Source of the DNA: Candidatus Borrarchaeum weybense
GTDB lineage: Archaea > Asgardarchaeota > Sifarchaeia > Borrarchaeales > Borrarchaeaceae
Direction of reading: 5' to 3'
Length of the DNA: 64,000 nt
NCBI GenBank assembly: GCA_019057385.1
Contig: JAHQJS010000004.1
Coordinates: 916,727 to 980,726 of the forward strand
The notes under the pieces are model-generated. The model was given only the letters and a program-made list of their open reading frames with translations. It was not told the origin of the DNA and ran no database searches. Both the position numbers and the translations under genes were made by a program. This document shows, piece after piece, positions 29,818 to 39,286 of the stretch; position 1 is the stretch's first letter, and each line of letters opens with the position of its first letter.

Positions 29818-30501
29818 ATGAATGTTCAAGCTAAACAGAAATTTCGCTGGAATGATGTGAGTACACTCCGAATAATCGTTTCAATATTGGGTATCCTTGT
29901 TGGATTCGCCGGTTTCGAACATGGGTTCTTTGAAATTCTTCAAGGGAATGTCATTCCTAATGAATTTGTCATAGATGCCATTGGTCCAGGGCAGAGGTTT
30001 TGGTCTGAGGGAACAGAACCTGCATTCACAATAATTCCAAATTATTTTATTACAGGTATTTTAGCAATGAGTATTGGTCTGTTAATGATTATTTGGGCTG
30101 CTCTATTTATTGAAAGGAAATATGGTGTCCGAATACTATTTCTACTGTCAATTACATTATTTTTGGTAGGAGGAGGGTTTGCACCACTACCGGTCGCATT
30201 ATTAGCTAGTTTTGTTGCAACTAGCATAAATAGTCCCTTAAACTGGTGGCGTACCCATCTCCCTGAGAACATTCAGAACATGCTTGTCAAGCTATGGCCG
30301 TGGAATGTCATCGTAGCTGTATTTTTATTTTTGTTTGCTGTTTTTGTCGCAATATTTGGCTATCCCATAATATGGTTTTTGTCTGCTGAACTTACTGTAT
30401 CATTTAACTTGATTATAGGTTTAATTGACCTTGGTATTATGGTGATTTCTATTCTGTCGGCAATTTCCTATGGTATCCAGAGCTCCCCAGATTCGAATTA
30501 A
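29818..30501 (+). CDS. Hypothetical membrane protein
   Basis: About 6 hydrophobic segments; EHG..EILQG, EPAFTIIPN, VGGG motifs. Confidence 0.7.
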   Translation: MNVQAKQKFRWNDVSTLRIIVSILGILVGFAGFEHGFFEILQGNVIPNEFVIDAIGPGQRFWSEGTEPAFTIIPNYFITGILAMSIGLLMIIWAALFIERKYGVRILFLLSITLFLVGGGFAPLPVALLASFVATSINSPLNWWRTHLPENIQNMLVKLWPWNVIVAVFLFLFAVFVAIFGYPIIWFLSAELTVSFNLIIGLIDLGIMVISILSAISYGIQSSPDSN

Positions 30502-30592
30502 ACTGCTTAATGCAAATGAGTTTTTTGCAATTATTTAGGAATGAAAAGTGTGATTCTAATCAGGATTTGATTGATACTTTTTTAAAGAAATT

Positions 30593-31456
30593 TTATTTTT
30601 TGGGTTTTCTAAAAGCCAGTATAAAGTCGTGAACCCTGGAAATTACCATAGTTGTCGGATATCCTAAAGGACGTGTTGTATAATGAGGATGCTCCCATAT
30701 AATCATGTCTTGATATTCAAAGCCTATCTCTTTGCAGATGTGGATCATATCAATATGTATTGTGATTACTTCTGAACCTCTTCGAGAATCCTGAACTATG
30801 ACCACAAAGTACTTTCCTTTTTTTAAAACCTCAAAAACAAGTCTATAGATTTTCTCAAGTTCAGAAATAAATTTATTGTAGGTCTGAATATTGCCCAAGT
30901 CTCTGGAATCTTCACTATAAATTTTCCATTCTTTTTCAGTTTGTCCTGTATATTTACCGTTTATTCCATGAAGTCCGATCCAATAGGGCGGTGATGTCAA
31001 ACAAAAATCTACAGATTCTTTTTCAACATGAGAAAGAAGGTTTCTTGCATCATCGTAGATTATTTTATGATCATTAGATATTCTCGTTTTTTCATCAGAG
31101 TCGAACCAAGTCTCTATAGGTTTAGGGATTTCTTCCAGTCTTCCCTTAGCAATATTTGACCATTTTTCTGATAATTCTATTCCTAAGGCATCTCTATCTA
31201 AGTTCCTACTTACAACAACGGTTGTTCCAATTCCAACCATTGGGTCAAAAACAAAATCTCCTCTCTTAGTAAACATCCTTATCAAACGTTTTGCAACAAA
31301 ATCAGGAAAGATTGCTGGATGTCCATAATTATTTCTTACTGGTTGTTTAAATCTCCACGCAGATTTTGAGAATTGCACCCATTCTGCCCCAGTAAGGTCA
31401 TTTAGTCTATTCTCTCTCTTTTTAATTTTTTTATTGTTTTGGTTATTTTCATTCAA
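30593..31456 (-). CDS. N4-cytosine/N6-adenine DNA methyltransferase
   Basis: HPAIFP, VFDPMVGIGTT (motif I), TSPPY (motif IV), IIW. Confidence 0.88.
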   Translation of the reverse strand: MNENNQNNKKIKKRENRLNDLTGAEWVQFSKSAWRFKQPVRNNYGHPAIFPDFVAKRLIRMFTKRGDFVFDPMVGIGTTVVVSRNLDRDALGIELSEKWSNIAKGRLEEIPKPIETWFDSDEKTRISNDHKIIYDDARNLLSHVEKESVDFCLTSPPYWIGLHGINGKYTGQTEKEWKIYSEDSRDLGNIQTYNKFISELEKIYRLVFEVLKKGKYFVVIVQDSRRGSEVITIHIDMIHICKEIGFEYQDMIIWEHPHYTTRPLGYPTTMVISRVHDFILAFRKPKK

Positions 31457-31702
31457 TTTAATCCTCTACATCTGTCAAGATCAACGATTTTCTTCTTGGC
31501 TTTAATATAGATCGTTTTTCATACAATTTTTCATTATATAAAAGACAGTTTTATCACAATAGTATGCGTGAATAATTCTATATACCTTAAGGTTCCCAAG
31601 ACGTATTGGGAATCATTATGACGAACATTACTGAAATTAGTTCCAAAGAATGGATTAAAGAACATGAACCTATTGATGATTTTCTCGCAAAATAAATGAA
31701 TA

Positions 31703-33195
31703 GTGAGCAAGGATGACATGACCCTCTATTTGGATAATTTTGAACAGATACAGAAAGGAATTCAATGGCTAAGAGAGTGGGTAATCTTTGATGAGGAGAA
31801 GTTAAAGCGACGGTTAGATCGTTCAATCGAGGCTAAAGAAGAAGATAGCTACAGTATATCTCTCGAAGAACGAATTCACGATCTAGAAATAAAATTAGAT
31901 ATAAAATATACTTCAAGAGATACACTCCCGATTTATGTGTTATCACTCTTCAACGATCCGATTGTTAAGGAATTTAAGAATGCCTCGAACTCCCCCGAGT
32001 TCTGGGAAAGTGAGTTATGCGTGAGACCTGAAGGATATTTATTGCATGAAATGGGGCTCTCATCAAATGTTTTTTTTCAAGAGGATATGACTCTCTTTAA
32101 GAGAAGTCGAAGCGTTGAAGGACGTTTATCTAATGATGATTATCACATTCCATTGTTGAGATTATTAGTAGCCTTAGAGCCAGAAAATTCTATCACAATA
32201 AGTGCCTTAAAATACAGTTTAAGTAATAAACACCATTTACTAGACATTCTTTTTGGATGTAGTTGCATTTTCATTTTAGCATTGATGGAACTTGATTATT
32301 CTAACTACATTGACATAATTGAAGATGGTATCAAACACATTAAAGGTAAACAAAACCAAGATGGATCTTGGGGGAAACACAAGCACTATGACGATATGCA
32401 TTTTGCAATAAAAGCAATATCGAGAATTAATGGAATTTATAATGACTATATAAAGAGAAGTATTGAATTCATAAAAACATCTCAGAATCCTGATGGAAGT
32501 TGGGGTGAAAAAGTCTCAATATTTCCAGAGGAGCCTGAAAAAGAGCCCATTTATGTTCATTCCGTTGATAATACTTCATACGCACTATTAAGCCTACTAG
32601 CAGTTACTCCGCCCCTTTCAATAACTCAAGAGCAATATCAGTTAGAAAAGATCCAGTACGAACAAAAAATAAATCGGAAAAAGTCAGACTTCATTCATAC
32701 GTCACCTCTCTATGACACAAAAGATAAGATACTCCATGTTACGACGTTACATGATAAAATAAGTGAAGTATTGAATAACGCAAAACACACGCTTCTCATA
32801 ATGTCTCCTTACATCGACATGCACTATAAGGAAATTACCAATTTATCAGCACGTAATCCATTACTTGACATACGAATAATCACCCGACCAAAGGATGAGA
32901 TCGGGGCGAGCGAAAGAAGATATCAAAGCATGCCATCAATTTGTTGAAAAAAGCAACCAAAGGAAAGCTAAAACATTTGGATATTATTCATTCAAGACTC
33001 ATAATTGTTGATAATCAAGAAATAATACTTTCCTCCGCTGATTTAACACTGGAAGGATTAGCCGACGAATTTAATGCGGGAATTTATACGAGAGATCCTG
33101 AACTTGTTAAACAGTCCATAGACTATTTTGAGAACACTTGGAACTATGAAGATATTGTTGCTAAGATAAAAAATGAAAAACAGTTAGAATATTGA
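31703..33195 (+). pseudogene. Prenyltransferase/squalene-cyclase QW-repeat domain fused to a C-terminal PLD-like domain, split by a 1-nt frameshift near 32903
   Basis: QNQDGSWG and QNPDGSWG repeats; IMSPYID..IITRP in 31703-32947; HSRLIIVD..SSAD..EFNAG in 32941-33195; one added G joins the two halves. Confidence 0.75.
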
Positions 33196-33228
33196 GGTCT
33201 TATATTTCTTTATTCCTTTTTTTTAGAA

Positions 33229-33426
33229 TTATAGCTTCTCGAACTGCTCAATGATCTCAAAAAATTCTTGTTTTTCCAACATTGACCTGTAGTTCTCCAG
33301 ATCTTTGATGAGTCCCTCCATACTTTCAGATTGTTTTGCTAGTTGAAGTACAAAAGCTAATGTTTTATTAATTGCGGTCTTGGTATCAAGAGATACGACT
33401 ATTTTTTTATTACTGGGAAACAACAT
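33229..33426 (-). CDS. Small hypothetical protein (65 aa)
   Basis: GAGGTGA RBS directly upstream of ATG. Confidence 0.6.
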   Translation of the reverse strand: MLFPSNKKIVVSLDTKTAINKTLAFVLQLAKQSESMEGLIKDLENYRSMLEKQEFFEIIEQFEKL

Positions 33427-33551
33427 CTCACCTCACATTTGTTGATGAATTCCACTATTTTTGTCGTATATCTTAGTATAAATAACTAACGGGAAGAACA
33501 GTCAGTTTAAACGAATATTAGGCGAGGAGAGAGACCCAGGTAAAAATGACC

Positions 33552-33613
33552 CCATCACTTGTTTTAAAAAAACGACAAAATCATGAAAAACATAATATAC
33601 GGGTATACTCATG
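33552..33613 (+). repeat. Direct repeat copy 1 (~62 bp) with internal TCATGA inverted arms
   Basis: CCATCACT..AAAAAAACGACAAAATCATGAAAAACATAATATACGGGTATACTCATG; second copy at 35478-35540. Confidence 0.85.
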
Positions 33614-33647
33614 ATTTATTTTAAATAGAAAATAGGGAGGGACTTCT

Positions 33648-34922
33648 ATGAAGTTAAGCGAATTTTTACTCACCCTAAACAAGAACGAATTAACCAATAT
33701 TGCTCGGAAAAGTGGAGTAAGTGGATACAGTAAACTCAAAAAGGAAGCACTTATTGATTTGATAGTATCCCACATGAGCAATCCTGAAACCTTGGAAGAG
33801 CATCATCTATTCCTTTTAACGCCATCGGCCATAGAACTCTTAAAGATACTCCTAACGGCAGGCGGACGGATGAAAGATGATGGTCTGAGAAAAGAAATGT
33901 TGAAAATACGATCTAGCACAACCTACTATAAAGCTCTCAGGGAAGTCCAAGCGTTATCATTGGTATTCGAGGAGTGGGAAGAGGAAGAGAGAGAAGACTA
34001 TTGGGAAGAGAGCTATTTCTACACAATTCCTGAAGATTTGATCGCCCCACTATCAAAGATAACGGAAACCATTGTTCCAACCACGGTTGATGAGGAGGAA
34101 GAAGGGGATATCGGAGAAATAACATCTTTTGACGACCTTCTTGATACATTCTACACGAAGGACGAATTGAAGGAACTAGTAAGAGAAGCGGGACTCAAAG
34201 TAAGTGGTAAAAAGGCCGAATTAATCGATCGGGTACTTTATGAAAGCGTGTATGACCTCGATGTACTTCTTGATACCCTTTTCAGCAAGTCAATCCTACG
34301 TGAGATATGTTCCTTTCTCGGACTTCCAGTATCTGGGACGAAAATAACGCTCATCCAAAGAATAATCGATAAGGTGCCGCCAAAAAAAGAACGAAAAATG
34401 GCTCCCGTCACTCCAACACCAGAAGTACAGCCAGCCCTTGCGAAACCGTCTGTTGCTGCAGTTGAAACCGCTCCTGAGGTGACTCCTGAACCACTCGTAA
34501 GAATAAAGTCTAAGCAACTTTTTGAGGATCTCTATGAACTGATGAGACAGCTTCCCGTCGAGAGTTTAAAACTTTCTAGGAAAACAGGAGCAAAGGAAAA
34601 AGATATAGAACGATTTGTGTATGGCTCATTACTTACTTGGGGTCAACAAAAGGGAATTAATGTCGACAATCAAGCCGTAGGATTGTTAGGTCCAGATGTC
34701 AGGGTGCCAGATATAAGTATCGGAAATTACGATGTGGCCATTGAGTTGAAATATATTTCCGCTGTTGAGGATGCAAGAGCCGCCTTTGGACAGGCGCATG
34801 AATATGCAGACCGCTGGAAATATGTTATTCTCTATGTATTCGACCCAAATAACAACTTTACCCCGTCATTAGAGAAAGCACTCAAGAATAATCCGCAGAT
34901 CAAAGTCATCATTCGAAGATAG
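33648..34922 (+). CDS. Rho-N/HeH + two SAP domains + C-terminal PD-(D/E)XK nuclease-like protein
   Basis: ELTNIARKSGVSGYSKLKKEALI; TKDELKELVREAGLKVSGKKAELIDR; LREICSFLGLPVSGTKITLIQR; VPDISIG..VAIELKY..GQAHEY. Confidence 0.78.
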   Translation: MKLSEFLLTLNKNELTNIARKSGVSGYSKLKKEALIDLIVSHMSNPETLEEHHLFLLTPSAIELLKILLTAGGRMKDDGLRKEMLKIRSSTTYYKALREVQALSLVFEEWEEEEREDYWEESYFYTIPEDLIAPLSKITETIVPTTVDEEEEGDIGEITSFDDLLDTFYTKDELKELVREAGLKVSGKKAELIDRVLYESVYDLDVLLDTLFSKSILREICSFLGLPVSGTKITLIQRIIDKVPPKKERKMAPVTPTPEVQPALAKPSVAAVETAPEVTPEPLVRIKSKQLFEDLYELMRQLPVESLKLSRKTGAKEKDIERFVYGSLLTWGQQKGINVDNQAVGLLGPDVRVPDISIGNYDVAIELKYISAVEDARAAFGQAHEYADRWKYVILYVFDPNNNFTPSLEKALKNNPQIKVIIRR

Positions 34923-34954
34923 AATTATAAACCTCTTTTTCCTATTTTTTTACC

Positions 34955-35455
34955 ATGTATGTTGTCAGATTCAAGGATAAAAGCCTAGAAAAGCGTGTGT
35001 ATGACTATATCCAAGAAAATTCTGAAGTTGAGATATTTTTAGGCTTAATTGGTTTTTTACGAGGTAGTGGAACAAAAGATATTGAATACATGATTAATGA
35101 TGTTATTCCTTTTCCAAATCTTAGTTTACGACCTCAGGAAACCGTAATAGTCCCGCAAGTATGGTATGAAACCCTCACAATGTATATCCGATTAAAATTT
35201 AGGAAGGCAAACAGTATTCATCGCCCTCTAGGATGTCTTCATTCGCATCCTGGTGAGATCCCCCTACCTACTCCACATGACAAAAACTTCGCCAAGGCTC
35301 TTGCTAAAGATGCAGGAAACGCGCTTATGGTAATCGTGGGAAATAATAACCTCATGTATGCCTATAGAGCAGCAACTGATAACGATATGGAAAAAATACG
35401 TGTCCACTCAAATTATTTTAGGGTCAGAACTCGCCCTAAAAAGAATCGTTTGTGA
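34955..35455 (+). CDS. JAB/MPN+ (JAMM) metalloprotease domain protein
   Basis: N-terminal Glu (EVEI) and HSH-PGEIPLP-T-PH-D JAMM motif. Confidence 0.82.
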   Translation: MYVVRFKDKSLEKRVYDYIQENSEVEIFLGLIGFLRGSGTKDIEYMINDVIPFPNLSLRPQETVIVPQVWYETLTMYIRLKFRKANSIHRPLGCLHSHPGEIPLPTPHDKNFAKALAKDAGNALMVIVGNNNLMYAYRAATDNDMEKIRVHSNYFRVRTRPKKNRL

Positions 35456-35477
35456 AAAAGTATTACTATCTTTGAAA

Positions 35478-35540
35478 CCATCACTAATTAAAAAAAAACG
35501 ACACAAATCATGAAAAATATAATATACACGTATTTTCATG
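35478..35540 (+). repeat. Direct repeat copy 2 (63 bp)
   Basis: CCATCACT..AAAAAAACGACACAAATCATGAAAAATATAATATACACGTATTTTCATG; contains the stop codon of the convergent gene. Confidence 0.85.
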
Positions 35541-36198
35541 CCTTCTCAAATATCTCTTTGGCTAATTTTAAAGTATCAACGGCCTGTTTCTTGTCAGGAA
35601 TGTTTCCTGAATGAACTATATCATTTCTTAAGTCTCTAATATTCTTTATTTCAGTTTCTTTATATACGGGTATTCCCTTTTTCTCAAGCCTTTTTATTTT
35701 ATCAGGAATACCCTCATCTAGCGGAGGACCCTTTATTCCCAGAGTTTTCATTTTTTCAGTAAGTATTATTTCGTTTGAGGTGTCAGCAAGGATTACCATT
35801 ACCATCCTCTCGAATTCATTGTCTGGGTTTAAATTTTCCGCAAACTCAAGGATACATCCAGCCCGTTGCAGCGTTATAGGTCGAGCGTCTATTAATTTTT
35901 TTACACATTCCTGAGCTAGGCGCACTACTTCAGTGGCAATACCCTTGAAATCTTCTAAGGATATGCTCGGAGTACCACTTATGTAAATAGTGTCAGTTGT
36001 GTGTATGCGCACATGCATGTCTTTTTTGTCTTCAAGATTAAGTCTACCATGATAAATAACATATTTACCTTTATCCTCAACTCGATGAGAGTTGAATTTT
36101 CTTTCTAAAGCATATTTAAGCCGATCTATGGCCTCTTTTGAAGAAATTCCAGAAACCGTTGCTTGCCTTTTATGGCTCTTATGCGTGCTCATCTTCAC
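35536..36198 (-). CDS. Hypothetical protein with C-terminal HEPN-like domain
   Basis: Helical C-terminus with R-x4-H motif RNDIVH. Confidence 0.65.
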   Translation of the reverse strand: MKMSTHKSHKRQATVSGISSKEAIDRLKYALERKFNSHRVEDKGKYVIYHGRLNLEDKKDMHVRIHTTDTIYISGTPSISLEDFKGIATEVVRLAQECVKKLIDARPITLQRAGCILEFAENLNPDNEFERMVMVILADTSNEIILTEKMKTLGIKGPPLDEGIPDKIKRLEKKGIPVYKETEIKNIRDLRNDIVHSGNIPDKKQAVDTLKLAKEIFEKA

Positions 36199-36876
36199 AC
36201 ATCTACTTTGTATTACCTATTGTCGACGTAATTAACATAAACTTATGCCATCTATTTAATATACTTTTATTTCGTTGAGTGATAAAATAAGTGACCTAGT
36301 AAAGGAGAAAAAGTTTCACCACACAGTTATCTTCTTTATGGAGTGTGTTGTGATGTTTTCTCTTAACTTTCTATCAAGTCACTTTGGATTCTGTATATAT
36401 AGTATAATAGCGAAGCCACATATCAACCTTATTCTTTATGGAAGCCTAGTGTCCACAAATCCCTCACAGAGTAGCAATGACAAAAAATGCGCTGGCTTTA
36501 TATACTCTTTTTCATTGCAACAGGTGACTGTTTGCCTCGACAGTTGGACCTATGCCTTCAATACCCCAATCACCCACATTAATTTTGTATAAAAGGCGTA
36601 GCAGTCCAACTTCCCCCCTCTCTCAAGTATTACTCAAAACACCTTCATTTATAAAGAAAAGCAGCACCTGGACACAGATCCTGAGTACCAGGACACACTT
36701 GAGTATTATTTTGTGTCTTTTTTCGATATAAAATATCTTTCGAGTACACGCAGATAACACTCGAAGAAAGTCGGCTGTTAAGTGATCAAGTAAATAAAAA
36801 AAGAAAATTATGTAGGGAGTGATTTTTTCGTGGTTTGTAGACATCGTCTGTAAACTATTTTTGGAAGTTACGACAA

Positions 36877-38994
36877 TTATTTAACTTTAGGAAGTAGCAT
36901 ATGAAAGGTACTCCCTTCACCAATTCGACTTTCCGCCCATATTTTACCGCCGTGCATCGTCACATATCTTTTCGTGATAGCTAGTCCTAGTCCTGTGCGT
37001 TCGAACTCGGATGGGAAGTGAACGGATTCAGGAATATCTGCTACGTGAAACGGCTGAAATATCTTTTCAAGATCCTCTTCTGCGATACCTATTCCCGTGT
37101 CTTTCACCGTGACGTGGAGGTTTTCTGCCTCTTCCAGTAATGTGATATCGATTGTACCGCCGTCAAGAGTGTATTTGATGGCATTGGAAAGCAGGTTGCC
37201 AAAAATCCTATGTATTATTTCTTTATCTAGGTAAATAAAAGGCAACATCTTAGGAGTAGTGAGTTTAAGTATATGCCTGTGTTTTAATGCTAGTGGAAAG
37301 ACTTCTTTGACAGTTTGGATAGCAACGGTTTTAAGTGAGCCTAACGCCATCTTCGGTTTTATGGTACCTGCTTCTAGGTGAGAGTAATCAAGGAGGTTGT
37401 TTATAAGCACGGCGAGTCTTTTAGCATTCCGAGAAATAATCCCTATCCTTCTATTAACATCTGCAGGAAGATTCATGTTTTTACTTGTTATTTCAAGAAG
37501 TTCGACATGTGCTTTCAGGGCGCTTAATGGAGTTCGAAGTTCATGGGCAGCTACATTGATGAACTGTGTTTTCATTTGCTCAAGTTCCTGTCGCTCGGTG
37601 ATATCCTTCGCCACTTCCACAATAGCTACAATGCTTCCCTCGGCGTCTCGTACTGGAGAACTTGTGACCAGGATATGACTACGCCTTCCCTCCGGAAGTA
37701 TGTTAACTCGTTCCGAAATAACTGTTTTTCCTTCATTAAACACCGTCTCGAAATAACAGTCAGGACAGCGTTCATCTAAACCCTTATACGCTTCGTAACA
37801 CTTCTTACCGATGACGTCTCCCCAGACGTCCTTCATTGGCTGATTCATCCAGATGATGTCTAAAGCCTTATTTTGGATCGTGATTTGGTCTCCGATTCCA
37901 GCCAACATTGCCTTGAGTTTTTCTTCTGATTCTTTTAAGGCCTTTGTTCGTTCCTCAACGATCTTTTCCAGGTTTTCGGCATAGTCTTTCAGTTTTTTTT
38001 CCAATAGTTTTCGTTCAGTGATATCTTTAAACACTTCCACAACTGCTACAATGTGTCCCTCAGCGTCTCGTACTGGAGAACTTGTGACTAAAACAGGAAT
38101 ACTCCTTCCATCCAGAAGTACGCTAACTCGTTCCGAAACAACCGTTTTTCCTTCATTAAACACCGTCTCGAAATAACAGTCAGGACAGGGCGCATCTAAT
38201 CCCTTATACACTTCGTAACACTTCTTATCGATGACGTCCCCCCAGATGTCCTTTATTGGCTGATTCACCCAGATGATGTCTAAATCCTTATTTTGAATCG
38301 TAATTTGGTCTCCAATTCCGGTCAAAATTGCCTGCAGTTTTCCTTTCGATTCTTTTAAGGCCTTTGTTCGTTCCTCAACGATCTTTTCCAGGTTTTCAGT
38401 ATACTCTTTCAGTTGTTTCTCCAATTCCTTTCTTTTCTCAACGATCTTTTCTAGGTTTTCAGCATACTCTCTTTGTTTTCTCTCCAATAGTTTTCGTTCA
38501 GTGATATCCTTGCCCACATCCACAATAGCTACGATGTTTCCCTCGGCGTCTCGTACTGGAGAACTTGTGACCAAAATAGGAGTCCGCCTTCCATCCGGAA
38601 GTATATCAACTTGTTCCGAAACAACCGTTCTTCCTTCATTAATCATCGTCTCGACATAACAGTCAGGACAGGGCACATCTAACCCCTTATACACTTTATA
38701 GCACTTCTTACCGATGACATCTCCCCAAATATCCTTTACTGGCTGATTCATCCAGATGATGTCTAAAGCCTTATTTTGGATCGTGATTTGGTCTCCGATT
38801 CCGGTCAAAATTGCCTGCAGTTTTCCTTTCGATTCTTTTAAAGCCTTCGTTCGTTCTTCAATGTTCTTTTCGAGATTTGCAATATGTTCTGCTATCTTTT
38901 CCTCAGTCTGCTTGCGATCAGTGATCTCTCTTTTTATCGCATCCTTTACATCTGTTGGAACATCTTCCCTATCTAAATACTCTTGTAAGTCCGT
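36877..38994 (-). CDS. Cytoplasmic sensor histidine kinase with three tandem Cys-containing PAS domains
   Basis: AHELRTPL, NLLSNAIKY, DTGIGI, TGLGL; frame open 62 codons upstream of 38808 to an ACG at 38994 preceded by GGTGAT. Confidence 0.88.
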   Translation of the reverse strand, partial: TDLQEYLDREDVPTDVKDAIKREITDRKQTEEKIAEHIANLEKNIEERTKALKESKGKLQAILTGIGDQITIQNKALDIIWMNQPVKDIWGDVIGKKCYKVYKGLDVPCPDCYVETMINEGRTVVSEQVDILPDGRRTPILVTSSPVRDAEGNIVAIVDVGKDITERKLLERKQREYAENLEKIVEKRKELEKQLKEYTENLEKIVEERTKALKESKGKLQAILTGIGDQITIQNKDLDIIWVNQPIKDIWGDVIDKKCYEVYKGLDAPCPDCYFETVFNEGKTVVSERVSVLLDGRSIPVLVTSSPVRDAEGHIVAVVEVFKDITERKLLEKKLKDYAENLEKIVEERTKALKESEEKLKAMLAGIGDQITIQNKALDIIWMNQPMKDVWGDVIGKKCYEAYKGLDERCPDCYFETVFNEGKTVISERVNILPEGRRSHILVTSSPVRDAEGSIVAIVEVAKDITERQELEQMKTQFINVAAHELRTPLSALKAHVELLEITSKNMNLPADVNRRIGIISRNAKRLAVLINNLLDYSHLEAGTIKPKMALGSLKTVAIQTVKEVFPLALKHRHILKLTTPKMLPFIYLDKEIIHRIFGNLLSNAIKYTLDGGTIDITLLEEAENLHVTVKDTGIGIAEEDLEKIFQPFHVADIPESVHFPSEFERTGLGLAITKRYVTMHGGKIWAESRIGEGSTFHMLLPKVK
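37590..38855 (-). repeat. Three near-identical intragenic PAS-encoding repeats (periods 420 and 483 bp)
   Basis: TACTGGAGAACTTGTGAC recurs at 37651, 38071 and 38554 with long flanking identity. Confidence 0.92.
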
Positions 38995-39286
38995 TTATAT
39001 CACCCATATCACCGATTTACGACTGCTTCTTGCCCCAAAATAATTCTTAGAACCTTTGCGAGAGATAACAATCAAGAAGAAGAAATACTTGTTTAATAAT
39101 TTAAACTGAAATATACAAATATATAAGAGTTCTGAGCACACTCTTCGGTGTTTTAGTTTGCTAGTAAAATGCCTTCATATTCTATATTGAAGGACTAAAA
39201 GGTCTATATATTGTTTTAAAAGGCAAACTTAGACAGAATGAGAACTCTTAGATCCAATTAAAGTAAAAATCTGCGAAGAAGGCATA

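Noticed and set aside
36231-36250. Second dif-like half-site ATTAACATAA-AC-TTATGCCA
   Set aside because: Spacer is 2 bp rather than 6; better explained as the promoter of the 36198 gene
36275-36844. ORFs 36275-36592 (+) and 36623-36844 (-)
   Set aside because: No motifs, atypical composition, overlap hairpin-rich non-coding DNA
37590-38855. Long repeats as a CRISPR array or DGR template/variable pair
   Set aside because: In-frame PAS duplications of 420-483 bp; no spacers, no reverse transcriptase, differences not adenine-specific
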